A stretch of DNA of 64,000 nucleotides from an uncultured bacterium (GTDB lineage: Bacteria > Fidelibacterota > Marinisomatia > Marinisomatales > UBA1611): NCBI GenBank assembly GCA_965660855.1, contig CBFIBM010000001.1, positions 192,001 to 256,000 on the forward strand. Reading direction: 5' to 3'. Both the position numbers and the translations under genes were made by a program. Positions 52,396 through 61,566 of this stretch are shown piece by piece. Each line of letters opens with the position of its first letter. Positions within the stretch are counted from its first letter, which is position 1. The notes under the pieces were generated by a model that had not been told where the DNA came from, made no database searches, and saw only the letters and a program-made list of their open reading frames with translations.

Positions 52396-53265
52396 ATGGG
52401 TTATGTATATATCATTTTTAGTGCACTTTCATTCTGTTTCATGACAATATTTGTTAAAATTGCAGGGCATGAAGTAAATACTTTACAAATTGTTTTTTTT
52501 AGAGGTCTTTTCACTTTATGTGTTACTTATTATTTCATTTATAAAAATAAAATTTATATTTGGGGAAATAATAAAAAAAAACTAATTAGTAGAGGATTAA
52601 GTGGAACGTTTGCTCTTTTTTTTGTTTACGAATCAATTCAAAGGATAACCCTTTCAGAAGCCACAGTAATTCAATATTTGTATCCAATTTTTACGATTAT
52701 ATTAGCTGCGATATTTTTGGGAGAAGAGTCTACAAAAAAAAATTATCTTGCAATATTTATCGGATTATTTGGAGTATATATCGTATTAGATTTTCCTTTT
52801 TTAAATAGTAATATTTCATTTAATTATAATAATGTCTTGATAGCTTTAATTGGATCTGTTCTAACTGCCCTAGCGTATGTACTTGTAAGGTCATGTTCAA
52901 ATGATGATGAATCACCTTATGTTATAATGTTTTATTTTCCATTGTTTACTGTTCCGTTAAGTTTACCATTTACAATTATAAATTGGTCGAACCCAAGTTT
53001 AAATACCTGGTTTTATATTTTTATGGTAGGTTTATGTACTCAGCTTGGACAGACTTTTTTAACGTTTGGATATAAATTAATACCAGCGAGTAAAGCCGCA
53101 ACAGCTAGTTATGTTCAAGTGCCATTTGCTGCTTTGGGAGGTTTTATGTTCTTCAATGAAGAGATCTCGATAAATTTTTTAGCAGGATCATTAATAATTT
53201 TTGTTGCAGTTTCTCTTATCATTGACAAAAAAAAGAAAAAGAAAAATAAAGTTTTTACGCCTTAA
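52396..53265 (+). CDS. DMT/EamA family transporter
   Basis: About 10 TM segments with two EamA repeats (VFFRG, YLYPIF..AAIFLGE, SYVQV..F.E). Confidence 0.9.
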   Translation: MGYVYIIFSALSFCFMTIFVKIAGHEVNTLQIVFFRGLFTLCVTYYFIYKNKIYIWGNNKKKLISRGLSGTFALFFVYESIQRITLSEATVIQYLYPIFTIILAAIFLGEESTKKNYLAIFIGLFGVYIVLDFPFLNSNISFNYNNVLIALIGSVLTALAYVLVRSCSNDDESPYVIMFYFPLFTVPLSLPFTIINWSNPSLNTWFYIFMVGLCTQLGQTFLTFGYKLIPASKAATASYVQVPFAALGGFMFFNEEISINFLAGSLIIFVAVSLIIDKKKKKKNKVFTP

Positions 53266-53337
53266 GTCTGTTTATTCATGTCTTTATAAGTAATATTAGT
53301 TGTTGTATTTTTCAATAATTTTATCTGAAGGCTTAAA

Positions 53338-53685
53338 ATGTTTTTAAAAAAAATAACAATATTATTTTTATTAATTGTTATCTGTTGTACTCATAATTAT
53401 GAACCTGTAATAACCTCTATCATTGCTGAACCAAATCCGGTACAAATCAATGGCTTAGTTTTTTTAGTTTGTAATGCAAAAGATGATGATACATCAAGCT
53501 CTATGAAAGATGAAGAGTTAACCTATGAATGGATTGCTGCATCAGGAGATATTTTAGTTGGTGAGAGTTTTGAAAATGCGACATGGGTAGCACCATCTGA
53601 ACCCGGAATATATTCGATCACTTGTAAGGTATTAGATCAATATAACGGCACAGATATTAAAACAATTAGTGTTGAAGTACAGTGA
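53338..53685 (+). CDS. Lipoprotein with a single PKD/Ig-like domain
   Basis: Cys after the signal peptide; LTYEW...G...WVAP..PGIYSITCKVLD. Confidence 0.75.
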   Translation: MFLKKITILFLLIVICCTHNYEPVITSIIAEPNPVQINGLVFLVCNAKDDDTSSSMKDEELTYEWIAASGDILVGESFENATWVAPSEPGIYSITCKVLDQYNGTDIKTISVEVQ

Positions 53686-54581
53686 AGAAAATCTTAAAGT
53701 CAAAATGGATATATTTAACAGTCTTAATCAATATAAGCTGTGAAATAGACAACAATCCAATTCAAATAATCCTCATGGAATCTAGTAGCTCTGAAGTATC
53801 TTCTAATGAAGTAGTTAAATTTTATGTTCAGGCTGTAGATGGAGATGGCGACAAACTTTCTTATAGTTGGGGCTCGTCCGGAGGTCAGTTTATGGTCCAA
53901 AGGGATACAGCTTATTGGACTGCTCCAAATCGAGGTGGGTTTTATAATATCACCTGTAAAGTATCAGATGGTGTTGGTTCATCTGATGCAAGTTCATTAT
54001 CGATAAAAGTTTTAGCTCTAGTACCTGTTCCAGTAAATGGGTTAGAATGGTTATTAGAAGATAATGGTCTTACAAATGGACCTAACACATCAAATGATGA
54101 TAAAAACGGAATAAATAATTTTTGGAATGGTCTTGCAGGAGATGCAGATTATGGATGGAATATTACTGCTCCAATTGAGGCAGCTAATGAAATATCACAA
54201 TCACTTCAATTTAAAGTTGAAGATAGTGCAAATTGTGGAGGATCCAATCCAGATGAACAGCGGGGGAAAGCAACAGCCGATATTCAAATTAATGGTGAAA
54301 CACCTGTTGTCTTAGATATAGATTTTTCTGGTATTGGTGAAGCCCAATCTGCAGGTTACGATTTGATTGAATTTAAGCTGAATGGATCTATAATAGGTAG
54401 TGGTCAAGCACCTGGTGGTGGACTAGGCTGTACTTCAGATTCGGTTACTGTAATCCCAGCAAACCAACAAACACTTAATCCTGGACCGCATAGCCTTATT
54501 ATTGATTTTACAACCAATGATGGTTTATTTCATGTAGATGCTTATTATGAAATAAAATTGAAACTAAGACTTGAAAATTAG
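53682..54581 (+). CDS. Lipoprotein with PKD/Ig-like domain and Gly-rich C-terminal domain
   Basis: Lipobox NISC and DGDGDKLSYSW..SGG..WTAP..GFYNITCKVSDG; GTGA overlap with the upstream gene. Confidence 0.75.
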   Translation: MKKILKSKWIYLTVLINISCEIDNNPIQIILMESSSSEVSSNEVVKFYVQAVDGDGDKLSYSWGSSGGQFMVQRDTAYWTAPNRGGFYNITCKVSDGVGSSDASSLSIKVLALVPVPVNGLEWLLEDNGLTNGPNTSNDDKNGINNFWNGLAGDADYGWNITAPIEAANEISQSLQFKVEDSANCGGSNPDEQRGKATADIQINGETPVVLDIDFSGIGEAQSAGYDLIEFKLNGSIIGSGQAPGGGLGCTSDSVTVIPANQQTLNPGPHSLIIDFTTNDGLFHVDAYYEIKLKLRLEN

Positions 54582-54589
54582 GTATTTAG

Positions 54590-55618
54590 TTGAATTTTAT
54601 TTTAAAATACTTCAACATTGTTTTATTTTTCTTTTTTGTTTTAATAATTCAAACAAGCTGTGAGCTTGAAAATAAACCTATTGAGATATTATCTTTAGAA
54701 TCAAGTGACTCAATCACAATTTCTGGAGATACCATCAAGCTATATGTGGAAGCATTTGATTACGATGGCGATAAAATATCCTATAGTTGGGATGCATCTG
54801 AAGGCCAATTTTTAGTAAAAAAAGATACTGCATTTTGGATTGCTCCAAACCAAAATGGATACTACAATATAACATGTAAAGTCTCTGATGGTGTTGGATC
54901 TTCAGATGCTAAGGCTGTTGGAATAAGGGTAGTCGGTAAAATTATTAAAGGACAAGTTTTAAATGCTATAGATGGAACTCCAATTTTTGGCGCTACAGTC
55001 AGTATTGACGATAATGATGGAATATCAGATGTGGAAGGTAATTATATTTTATTTATGGATTATGATCCAGGTGACCAATTTAGTTCTTTAGCTTCCAAGG
55101 ATCTTTTCTGCCCTTATGTTGGTTCATTTCTAATACCTAATGATTACTATGAAAATAAGTATACCTATAACTTATCTATGAGCCCTATACCGTCAGAAGG
55201 TGAAATTAGATTGGTACTCAATTGGGGGGCTGAGCCTAGAGATTTAGATTCTCATTTAAAAACACCTTTAATTGATGATGTTGAGTATCATATTTTGTAT
55301 AGTAATAAAGGGAGCTCTGATAGCGTACCTTTTGTAAAACTTGACATTGATGATACATCTGGGTTTGGTCCAGAAACATTTACAATATCTCAATTATTTG
55401 AGGGCAAATATTCGTATTATATATATCAATTCTCTGCAGACGCAACTTTATCAACTTCAAATGCTACAATTAATATTTACAATTCACCTGATTGCGAAGG
55501 AGAAACAATTATAGTCCCTAATTCTGGTATAGGGAGATATTGGTATGTTTGTGATATTGATGGTGGTACTGGAGCGATTGATGTTATAAATATAATTCAA
55601 GCTTCAGAGCCCAACTGA
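54590..55618 (+). CDS. Lipoprotein with Ig-like, carboxypeptidase-regulatory-like and YfaP/DUF2135-like domains
   Basis: Lipobox QTSC, the same Ig domain, IKGQVLNAIDGTPIFGATV and LNWGAEPRDLDSHL..DIDDTSGFGPET. Confidence 0.75.
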   Translation: MNFILKYFNIVLFFFFVLIIQTSCELENKPIEILSLESSDSITISGDTIKLYVEAFDYDGDKISYSWDASEGQFLVKKDTAFWIAPNQNGYYNITCKVSDGVGSSDAKAVGIRVVGKIIKGQVLNAIDGTPIFGATVSIDDNDGISDVEGNYILFMDYDPGDQFSSLASKDLFCPYVGSFLIPNDYYENKYTYNLSMSPIPSEGEIRLVLNWGAEPRDLDSHLKTPLIDDVEYHILYSNKGSSDSVPFVKLDIDDTSGFGPETFTISQLFEGKYSYYIYQFSADATLSTSNATINIYNSPDCEGETIIVPNSGIGRYWYVCDIDGGTGAIDVINIIQASEPN

Positions 55619-55770
55619 AATAAAGAATTCAATCAAATTAATTTTATAAAATTATTGTTGCAAAAAAGTATATTTTTTGTACATTCTGACCTCTTTATGA
55701 TAGAAGATGATCTTTTTCATCTATTTTTTATAAAAGAGATTAATAATAACAACAATAGGAATATAGTTTA

Positions 55771-55983
55771 ATGAGTGATACTAGAAAAGGAACGGTTAAG
55801 TGGTTCAATGATTCTAAAGGATATGGATTTCTTACACCGTCTGAAGGTGGTAAAGACCTTTTTGTTCACATGAGTGAAATCAAAATGGAAGGTTTTAAAA
55901 CGTTAAAAGAAGGACAAGAAGTAGAATATGAAGAGGGTGAAAGTGATAAAGGCCCTTGTGCGACTAACGTTCATCCACAGTAG
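55771..55983 (+). CDS. Cold-shock protein
   Basis: [18 protein letters not shown] and GFKTLKEGQ. Confidence 0.97.
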   Translation: MSDTRKGTVKWFNDSKGYGFLTPSEGGKDLFVHMSEIKMEGFKTLKEGQEVEYEEGESDKGPCATNVHPQ

Positions 55984-56032
55984 AATATTAATCTTAGAAA
56001 ATTTTTTATTACATATTTTAAGGATATAATAA

Positions 56033-56347
56033 ATGTTTTACGAAGATATTAATATTACAAAAAGAAAGACAATCACCAATGGTGCGAAGTATGACTTTTT
56101 TATTTACGACATGATGTCTCTAGAAAAAGAAATTTCTAAAGGAAAGTTCGGAAAAGGAGATACCACTATTAGTAGATTTAAAAATTACAAAATGCTTGAT
56201 GATGAAACTGGTGAGATGCTTGACGTGAAGATAAGATGCTCAAAAAGGATAGATGATGCTCTTGATGGGCTTGACCCCACGGAAAGTAAAAAAGTATTAG
56301 ACAAATGTCTAAAAGAGTTAGAAAATAGAGGTCTTGTTAAACAATAA
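56033..56347 (+). CDS. Hypothetical cytoplasmic protein
   Basis: 104-aa ORF with an AAGGA SD, followed by a terminator; no family recognised. Confidence 0.65.
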   Translation: MFYEDINITKRKTITNGAKYDFFIYDMMSLEKEISKGKFGKGDTTISRFKNYKMLDDETGEMLDVKIRCSKRIDDALDGLDPTESKKVLDKCLKELENRGLVKQ

Positions 56348-56376
56348 TTAAGATTTTAAGTTCTACCAAGTACTTT

Positions 56377-56412
56377 AACAAAAACCCTTGTATTAACAAG
56401 GGTTTTTGTTTT
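56377..56412. terminator. Intrinsic terminator with a 15-bp stem
   Basis: AACAAAAACCCTTGT-ATTA-ACAAGGGTTTTTGTT. Confidence 0.9.
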
Positions 56413-56547
56413 CCAAAAATACCGAATTTTATTAATTTTTTTTTATATAATATTAGTCAGTTTGTGTAAGTTTTGACTTACAGATTGCGATAATATTTTA
56501 AAATCTTGCTCAAATATTAGTTTTTTTAAATACTAAAAGATTTTTTT

Positions 56548-56636
56548 GGAGGGGTGGCAGAGCCTGGCTGATTGCACTAGTCTTGAAAACTAGCAAGGGT
56601 TAATACCCTTCGGGGGTTCGAATCCCTCCCCCTCCG
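56548..56636 (+). tRNA. tRNA-Ser(TGA); CCA not encoded
   Basis: Acceptor GGAGGGG/CCCCTCC, anticodon arm CTAGT-CTTGAAA-ACTAG, variable arm AAGGGT..ACCCTT and TTCGAAT loop. Confidence 0.97.
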
Positions 56637-56722
56637 CACCTTATTTTAGATGTTTCTCCTTGACAAACTCTCTTTTACAGCATTTTTAATTTTTAAATAT
56701 TCTACGAGGATCTATGTTATTC

Positions 56723-56755
56723 GGGAACATTAAAGGAACATTAAGGGAACATTGT
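56723..56755 (+). repeat. Three tandem 11-bp repeats (GGGAACATTAA, AGGAACATTAA, GGGAACATTGT); candidate integrase arm sites
   Basis: Read directly, about 85 nt inside the left att repeat. Confidence 0.85.
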
Positions 56756-56858
56756 GACCCCCAACGCTTTTTAAAATTTGTTAAAGTTGGGAGTTTAAAT
56801 TTCAAGTAATGCTGTAAGACACATTGAATATTTATCTTAACTTGATTATTATTAATCT

Positions 56859-57098
56859 ATGTTTAATTATATTATTTTAATTGTATCTTTTTCATTATTT
56901 AGTTGCGTCGATATTACTTATAACCTGAATAGTAATGACAAAACGCTAGTTTTAACTTATTTGGAAGAAAGTAAGTGCGTTGAGGAAGCAATATTTAGTG
57001 AGGCTTAAGTTATTATGGATTCTGCAGATTGCATTTTTGAAGGAAACACTTGGTATCCTGAATGCATATCGAAACTAACATACTTAAAAGAACAATAA
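56859..57098 (+). pseudogene. Lipoprotein gene with in-frame TAA at 57006-57008
   Basis: MFNYIILIVSFSLFSC...FSEA*VIMDSADCIFEGNTWYPECISKLTYLKEQ*. The second stop overlaps the next ATG (TAATG). Confidence 0.65.
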
Positions 57099-57538
57099 TG
57101 TTTAAAAAATATATATCAATTGTTATATTGTGTTTTTTTTTCAGTAGCTGCGCTGACTCAATTTTAGATAGTAGTAGTGACATCATAATTGAAAACAACA
57201 TTTCTATAATTGGTACATGGACATCTTCAGATTGGTGCATATACGAAGATTTTACCTGTTCAGGAAATTGCGTTGGTGGAACCTTTGCAGATTTATGGAT
57301 TTCAGCTGAAAATATAGATCCTCTTTTTACAATTACATTCTCTGAAGATAGCACAGCTCAGTGGAAAGCATTATATGATGATGACATTTCCGATCTTGTT
57401 TTTTCAAAAAATTTGGATGACTCATATAGCCTAATTGCGGATGCGAATGATATTTTTCAAGTAAAACTGTCAAATTCTAATATGCTATTATACTGGCTCG
57501 AAGATGATAGGTGTATAGAATATACTTTAACTAAATAA
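57098..57538 (+). CDS. Acidic Cys-containing lipoprotein with lipocalin-like GxW motif
   Basis: Start refined to ATG 57098 (MFKKYISIVILCFFFSSC); IIGTW; ends RCIEYTLTK. Confidence 0.75.
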   Translation: MFKKYISIVILCFFFSSCADSILDSSSDIIIENNISIIGTWTSSDWCIYEDFTCSGNCVGGTFADLWISAENIDPLFTITFSEDSTAQWKALYDDDISDLVFSKNLDDSYSLIADANDIFQVKLSNSNMLLYWLEDDRCIEYTLTK

Positions 57539-57576
57539 TATCAAGTTTTTCTTTAAATTATATTTATTAGGTTATT

Positions 57577-58701
57577 ATGAAAAATTTATTATTAATCATA
57601 TTTTTATTGGTTTTTGCTTGTAATGGTACCAAACCTGTTGATGTATCAAATCTTGTTGAAAGAGGGGGATTGACCTATTACTATCAATATCATTCTTTTT
57701 TTAAAGGAGACGGTGTTAAAGTCCCCGATAATCCTTTTAGTGGAAAAGCTATTAAGTATTATCCAACTGGTGAAGTTCAGTTAAAAGGAATATTTAAAAA
57801 TGGGATACTTATTCAGAGTTCCTATTTGGATGTATATGGTAATATTTTGGAAAGCATGGAAATAAATGGAGATACTACAATATCTATCGAATGGTACAGC
57901 AATGGACTAAAAAGATGGGAGAATAGAACAATAGATGGTAACAGTGTTTTTATTAATAGATGGCATGAAGATGGAATGAAACGTAAAGAACCTTTTAAAT
58001 GGGAAAAGGAAGCACTTGAAAATGACGATTCTAACTTTGAAGGGGAAAGGACTCTCCATTATATCATAAAGAAACCATTATATAATGCAGAAAAACAAGA
58101 TGTTTTATTTTTCATGCATGGACACACTGAAAATTTATGGAACTATCAAGATCCTATAATAAATCAGTTTGGTGATAATTATTTTACCGTAATTCTCCAA
58201 GCTCCTTACGAATTATGGATAACCTCTAATAAGTTTACATGGTTTGACTTTAGATCTTCTAATTTTTTTGATGACTTTACAGCTAATGAAGAGCAATTAA
58301 ATGTTACTTTAGAAAAAGTATTGTTTAGTATTGATAAAATTATTGAAAAAGAAAACATTAATCCTAAAAGGGTATTTGTTGGTGGCCATAGCCAAGGTGG
58401 AATCATGGCATGTAAATTAGCGTTAGAATATCCTGATGTAATAGATGGTTTTATTGCTCACAATACTTTTTTACCCAATGTTTATCAAACAAAAAAAGAT
58501 AAAACTAAATATTCTTCGTTGAGAGGGTTAGTAATCAATGGTGAATACGATAAAAGAATAGATCCAATTAATTCAAAAAAAATAGCAAATACATTTATTG
58601 AGTTAGGGGTAAATATAAAATCAAAAGAATTGAAAATGGGTCATGAGTTTCCAAAATCATCAAGAGGTGTGATTAACGATTGGATGTCTCAAAATAATTA
58701 A
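57577..58701 (+). CDS. Lipoprotein with MORN-variant repeats fused to an alpha/beta hydrolase (carboxylesterase-like)
   Basis: Lipobox VFAC, PFSG...YYPTG / WYSNG / WHEDG repeats, FMHG, GHSQGG, GEYD and MGHE. Confidence 0.85.
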   Translation: MKNLLLIIFLLVFACNGTKPVDVSNLVERGGLTYYYQYHSFFKGDGVKVPDNPFSGKAIKYYPTGEVQLKGIFKNGILIQSSYLDVYGNILESMEINGDTTISIEWYSNGLKRWENRTIDGNSVFINRWHEDGMKRKEPFKWEKEALENDDSNFEGERTLHYIIKKPLYNAEKQDVLFFMHGHTENLWNYQDPIINQFGDNYFTVILQAPYELWITSNKFTWFDFRSSNFFDDFTANEEQLNVTLEKVLFSIDKIIEKENINPKRVFVGGHSQGGIMACKLALEYPDVIDGFIAHNTFLPNVYQTKKDKTKYSSLRGLVINGEYDKRIDPINSKKIANTFIELGVNIKSKELKMGHEFPKSSRGVINDWMSQNN

Positions 58702-58728
58702 TGTTTAGGTATTTTTTGTTTAAAAAAT

Positions 58729-58750
58729 GGGAACACTAAGGGAATACCAA
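58729..58750 (+). repeat. Two tandem 11-bp repeats (GGGAACACTAA, GGGAATACCAA); candidate integrase arm sites
   Basis: Same motif, period and orientation as 56723-56755; 27 nt before the right att repeat. Confidence 0.8.
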
Positions 58751-58777
58751 AACATGATTTTTAGATAGGGAGAACAA

Positions 58778-58801
58778 GGGTTCGAATCCCTCCACCTCCG
58801 C
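58778..58801 (+). repeat. attR-like copy of the tRNA-Ser(TGA) 3' end
   Basis: GGGTTCGAATCCCTCCACCTCCGC versus tRNA GGGTTCGAATCCCTCCCCCTCCGC (one mismatch). Confidence 0.9.
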
Positions 58802-58948
58802 GAATTCTTACATATTTCCAATGAAAAAATAAAAGCTATAAGGTTTGAGATTCAGTTAATTATTTAACTTTTCAAGTTAAATAATAATCCTTATCCATTA
58901 TTTTTTTTATTTATGATATGATAGTTAAATTTTAATAATAAGGTTGTT

Positions 58949-59353
58949 ATGAAAATTTTAGAACAATTCATTCATTTTTGTATTGTATGTTGGACTCTTG
59001 CAGGTATAGGAGCTATAAATTCAGCTTTAAACTTTCCTCCACAAAGTTATGAAGGAATTTTTTATTTTATTTTTTTTTTATTGTTAGGAATTATAGGAAA
59101 ATATATTACCGCAGTCATTTATTATGATATTAGATCCTATTTATCAATTTTATTAGCAATATTTTTTTATTTACCTAACTTCCTAGGATTACTATATATA
59201 AAAAATTTTTTTTTTAGTGTATTTATTCTTACTTTATCAGTCTTAGTCATAAATAAGCTGTTATCAAAAAATTTACTTAAATGGAAAAATATTTTTACAT
59301 TTCGATTTTTTTATAGATCTTATTTCGAATTAAAAAAAGTATTAAAAAAATAA
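58949..59353 (+). CDS. Very AT-rich hypothetical membrane protein
   Basis: 134-aa ORF with about 4 hydrophobic segments and an AAGGT SD-like motif. Confidence 0.5.
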   Translation: MKILEQFIHFCIVCWTLAGIGAINSALNFPPQSYEGIFYFIFFLLLGIIGKYITAVIYYDIRSYLSILLAIFFYLPNFLGLLYIKNFFFSVFILTLSVLVINKLLSKNLLKWKNIFTFRFFYRSYFELKKVLKK

Positions 59354-59524
59354 TTTTAAACTTTATCAAGAAAATTAAAAACTATAATTATTCCTCAATG
59401 TTCTTGTTTTAAAACTTCTTAAATATTAGGAGCAAATGTAATATTAATTTAAGTTTTATATTGAGTTTCGCAGTAAAATTCACCTTTTTAAGTTTAACTT
59501 TATTTAATCAAAACACTACATAAT

Positions 59525-61552
59525 ATGAAAAATCCCAACTCATTTCTTTCAGAAAATAACCAACCTTTTGGTACTGTCCCTTTCAATAAAATAGAAACAA
59601 AATATTTTATCCCAGCTATCAAAGCTGGTATAAATGAAGCTGTCGAAAATATTAAAATAATTGTCCAAAACTCAGAGTTAGCAACTTTTGAAAATACAAT
59701 TTTGCCTCTTGAATTATCTTCAGAAAAACTTGATAATGTAAGCAGAGTTTATTTTCATCTTTTTGGCTCAGAATCAGATGAAGAATTTCAGAAATTAGCA
59801 TCTGAAATCAGTCCAATGTTGGCAAACCACACCAATGATATTATGCTTGATGAAAAATTATTTGAAAAAGTCAAATTTGTTTTCCAAAACCTAGTGACTA
59901 TAAAAGATGAGCAGGATAAGAAATTAACTGAGGTATGGTATAGTGAGTTTATAAGAAATGGAGCAAACCTTGATAAAAATCAAAAAATACAGCTTCGAAA
60001 ACTTGATGAGCAACTTTCTACTTTATCACCAAAATTTCAAAATAATAATCTAAAGGCTACAAACTCATTTGAGTTGTGGTTAAGAGATTCAGACTTATCA
60101 GGCTTGCCTAAAAGTGTTCTTGATAATGCGAAAAATGAAGCTATCTCAAAAGGTCAACCAGAAAAATGGCTGATAACATTGCAAGCGCCAAGTTTTTTAC
60201 CTTTTTTGACATTCTCAGACAACCGAGAATTAAGGAAAAAAATTATGTTAGCTAATGCTCAAAAATGTAATGGTGGTGAGTATGATAATACATCAATTTT
60301 AAAAAAAATTGTTAAGCTTAAACATCAAAGAGCAAACCTATTAGGTTATGAAAATTTTGCAGACTATATACTCGAAAAAAGAATGGCTAACAGTCAAAAA
60401 ATGATTTATCAATTACTAGATGACCTTTATGATTCATGTATTGAGTTAGCTAAAAAAGATTTAGAAAAAGTTGGAAATCTCGCTTTCGAGTTAGACGGAA
60501 TAGATGATTTACAACGATGGGATTTTGACTATTACAGTGAAAAATTGAAAAAAAGAATATATGATTTTAATGATGATGAACTTCGACCATATTTCAATTC
60601 TGATAATGTTATAAATGGAGTATTTGAAATAGCTAAACGGCTTTATGGGTTGGATTTTAAACTACTTGAAAATATTGATGTTTATCATGAAGATGTAAAA
60701 GTCTATGAAGTGACTTCAAATGAAGGTGATCATATAGGGATTCTCTATGAGGACTTATTCCCAAGGTCAACTAAAAGATCAGGTGCGTGGATGAATGAAC
60801 TTCGTTCTCAAGGAATGTATAGTGATGGTCTCAGAAGACCTCACGTCACTTTTACTTGTAATCTTACAAAGCCGACACCTGATAAACCTTCTTTATTAAC
60901 TCTCAGGGAAGTTGAGACAATTTTTCATGAATTTGGACACTGTCTACATGGATTACTTTCTGATTCAAAATATACATCAATAGGTGGAACATCTGTTTAT
61001 TGGGACTTTGTTGAACTTCCATCACAAATAATGGAAAATTGGGTAGTTGAAAAAGAGGCACTTCAATTATTCGCAAAACATTATAAAACAAACCAAACGA
61101 TTCCTGACCAATTAATAGATAAAATTAAAAATTCTAAAAAATTTCTTTCAGCTACTGCATGCCTAAGACAACTTTCCCTAGGCTATCTTGATATGGCTTG
61201 GTACGGCAAAGATAATGAAGTCGATGATGTTGAAAAATTTGAAAAAACCTCTGTAAGTAAGGCAGTCTTACTTCCAACTATTCCTGGAGCTTCAATCTCA
61301 TGTAGTTTTGGACATATTTTTGCAGGTGGATACTCTGCTGGTTATTATTCTTACAAATGGGCTGAAGTATTGGAAGCAGATGCATTCGAAAAGTTCAAAG
61401 AGGAAGGCATTTTTAACCAAGAAACTTCAAAAGCATTTCGTGATAATATTTTATCTAAAGGAAATCAAAAACACCCTATGGAACTATTTAAAGCTTTCAG
61501 AGGAAGAGAGCCAAAAATAGAAGCTTTATTGAAAAGAGAGGGCTTAAAATAA
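59525..61552 (+). CDS. M3A metallopeptidase (peptidyl-dipeptidase Dcp / oligopeptidase A family)
   Basis: KRSGAWM, FHEFGHCLH, DFVELPSQIME, HIFAGGYSAGYYSYKWAE and FRGREP. Confidence 0.95.
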   Translation: MKNPNSFLSENNQPFGTVPFNKIETKYFIPAIKAGINEAVENIKIIVQNSELATFENTILPLELSSEKLDNVSRVYFHLFGSESDEEFQKLASEISPMLANHTNDIMLDEKLFEKVKFVFQNLVTIKDEQDKKLTEVWYSEFIRNGANLDKNQKIQLRKLDEQLSTLSPKFQNNNLKATNSFELWLRDSDLSGLPKSVLDNAKNEAISKGQPEKWLITLQAPSFLPFLTFSDNRELRKKIMLANAQKCNGGEYDNTSILKKIVKLKHQRANLLGYENFADYILEKRMANSQKMIYQLLDDLYDSCIELAKKDLEKVGNLAFELDGIDDLQRWDFDYYSEKLKKRIYDFNDDELRPYFNSDNVINGVFEIAKRLYGLDFKLLENIDVYHEDVKVYEVTSNEGDHIGILYEDLFPRSTKRSGAWMNELRSQGMYSDGLRRPHVTFTCNLTKPTPDKPSLLTLREVETIFHEFGHCLHGLLSDSKYTSIGGTSVYWDFVELPSQIMENWVVEKEALQLFAKHYKTNQTIPDQLIDKIKNSKKFLSATACLRQLSLGYLDMAWYGKDNEVDDVEKFEKTSVSKAVLLPTIPGASISCSFGHIFAGGYSAGYYSYKWAEVLEADAFEKFKEEGIFNQETSKAFRDNILSKGNQKHPMELFKAFRGREPKIEALLKREGLK

Positions 61553-61566
61553 AAAATAAATCATCC

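Larger units (their letters stand above)
56614..58801. mobile_element. tRNA-Ser-integrated genomic islet lacking an integrase
   Basis: Flanking direct repeat (23/24 identical) at 56614-56637 and 58778-58801, internal 11-bp tandem repeats near both ends, and lipoprotein cargo only. Confidence 0.8.

Noticed and set aside
52331..55700. Second island integrated at tRNA-Ser(GGA)
   Set aside because: I found no duplicate of this tRNA's 3' end, no integrase and no arm-like repeats.
56723..56755. Tandem repeats as a CRISPR array
   Set aside because: The units are 11 bp with no spacers, and there are no cas genes.
57013..57354. 113-aa minus-strand ORF in the islet as a possible recombinase or excisionase
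   Set aside because: It is antisense to a lipoprotein gene and has no recombinase or HTH motifs.
58770..58805. Third tRNA gene or tmRNA end
   Set aside because: Only the T arm and 3' acceptor strand are present, with no 5' half. It is best explained as an att duplicate.
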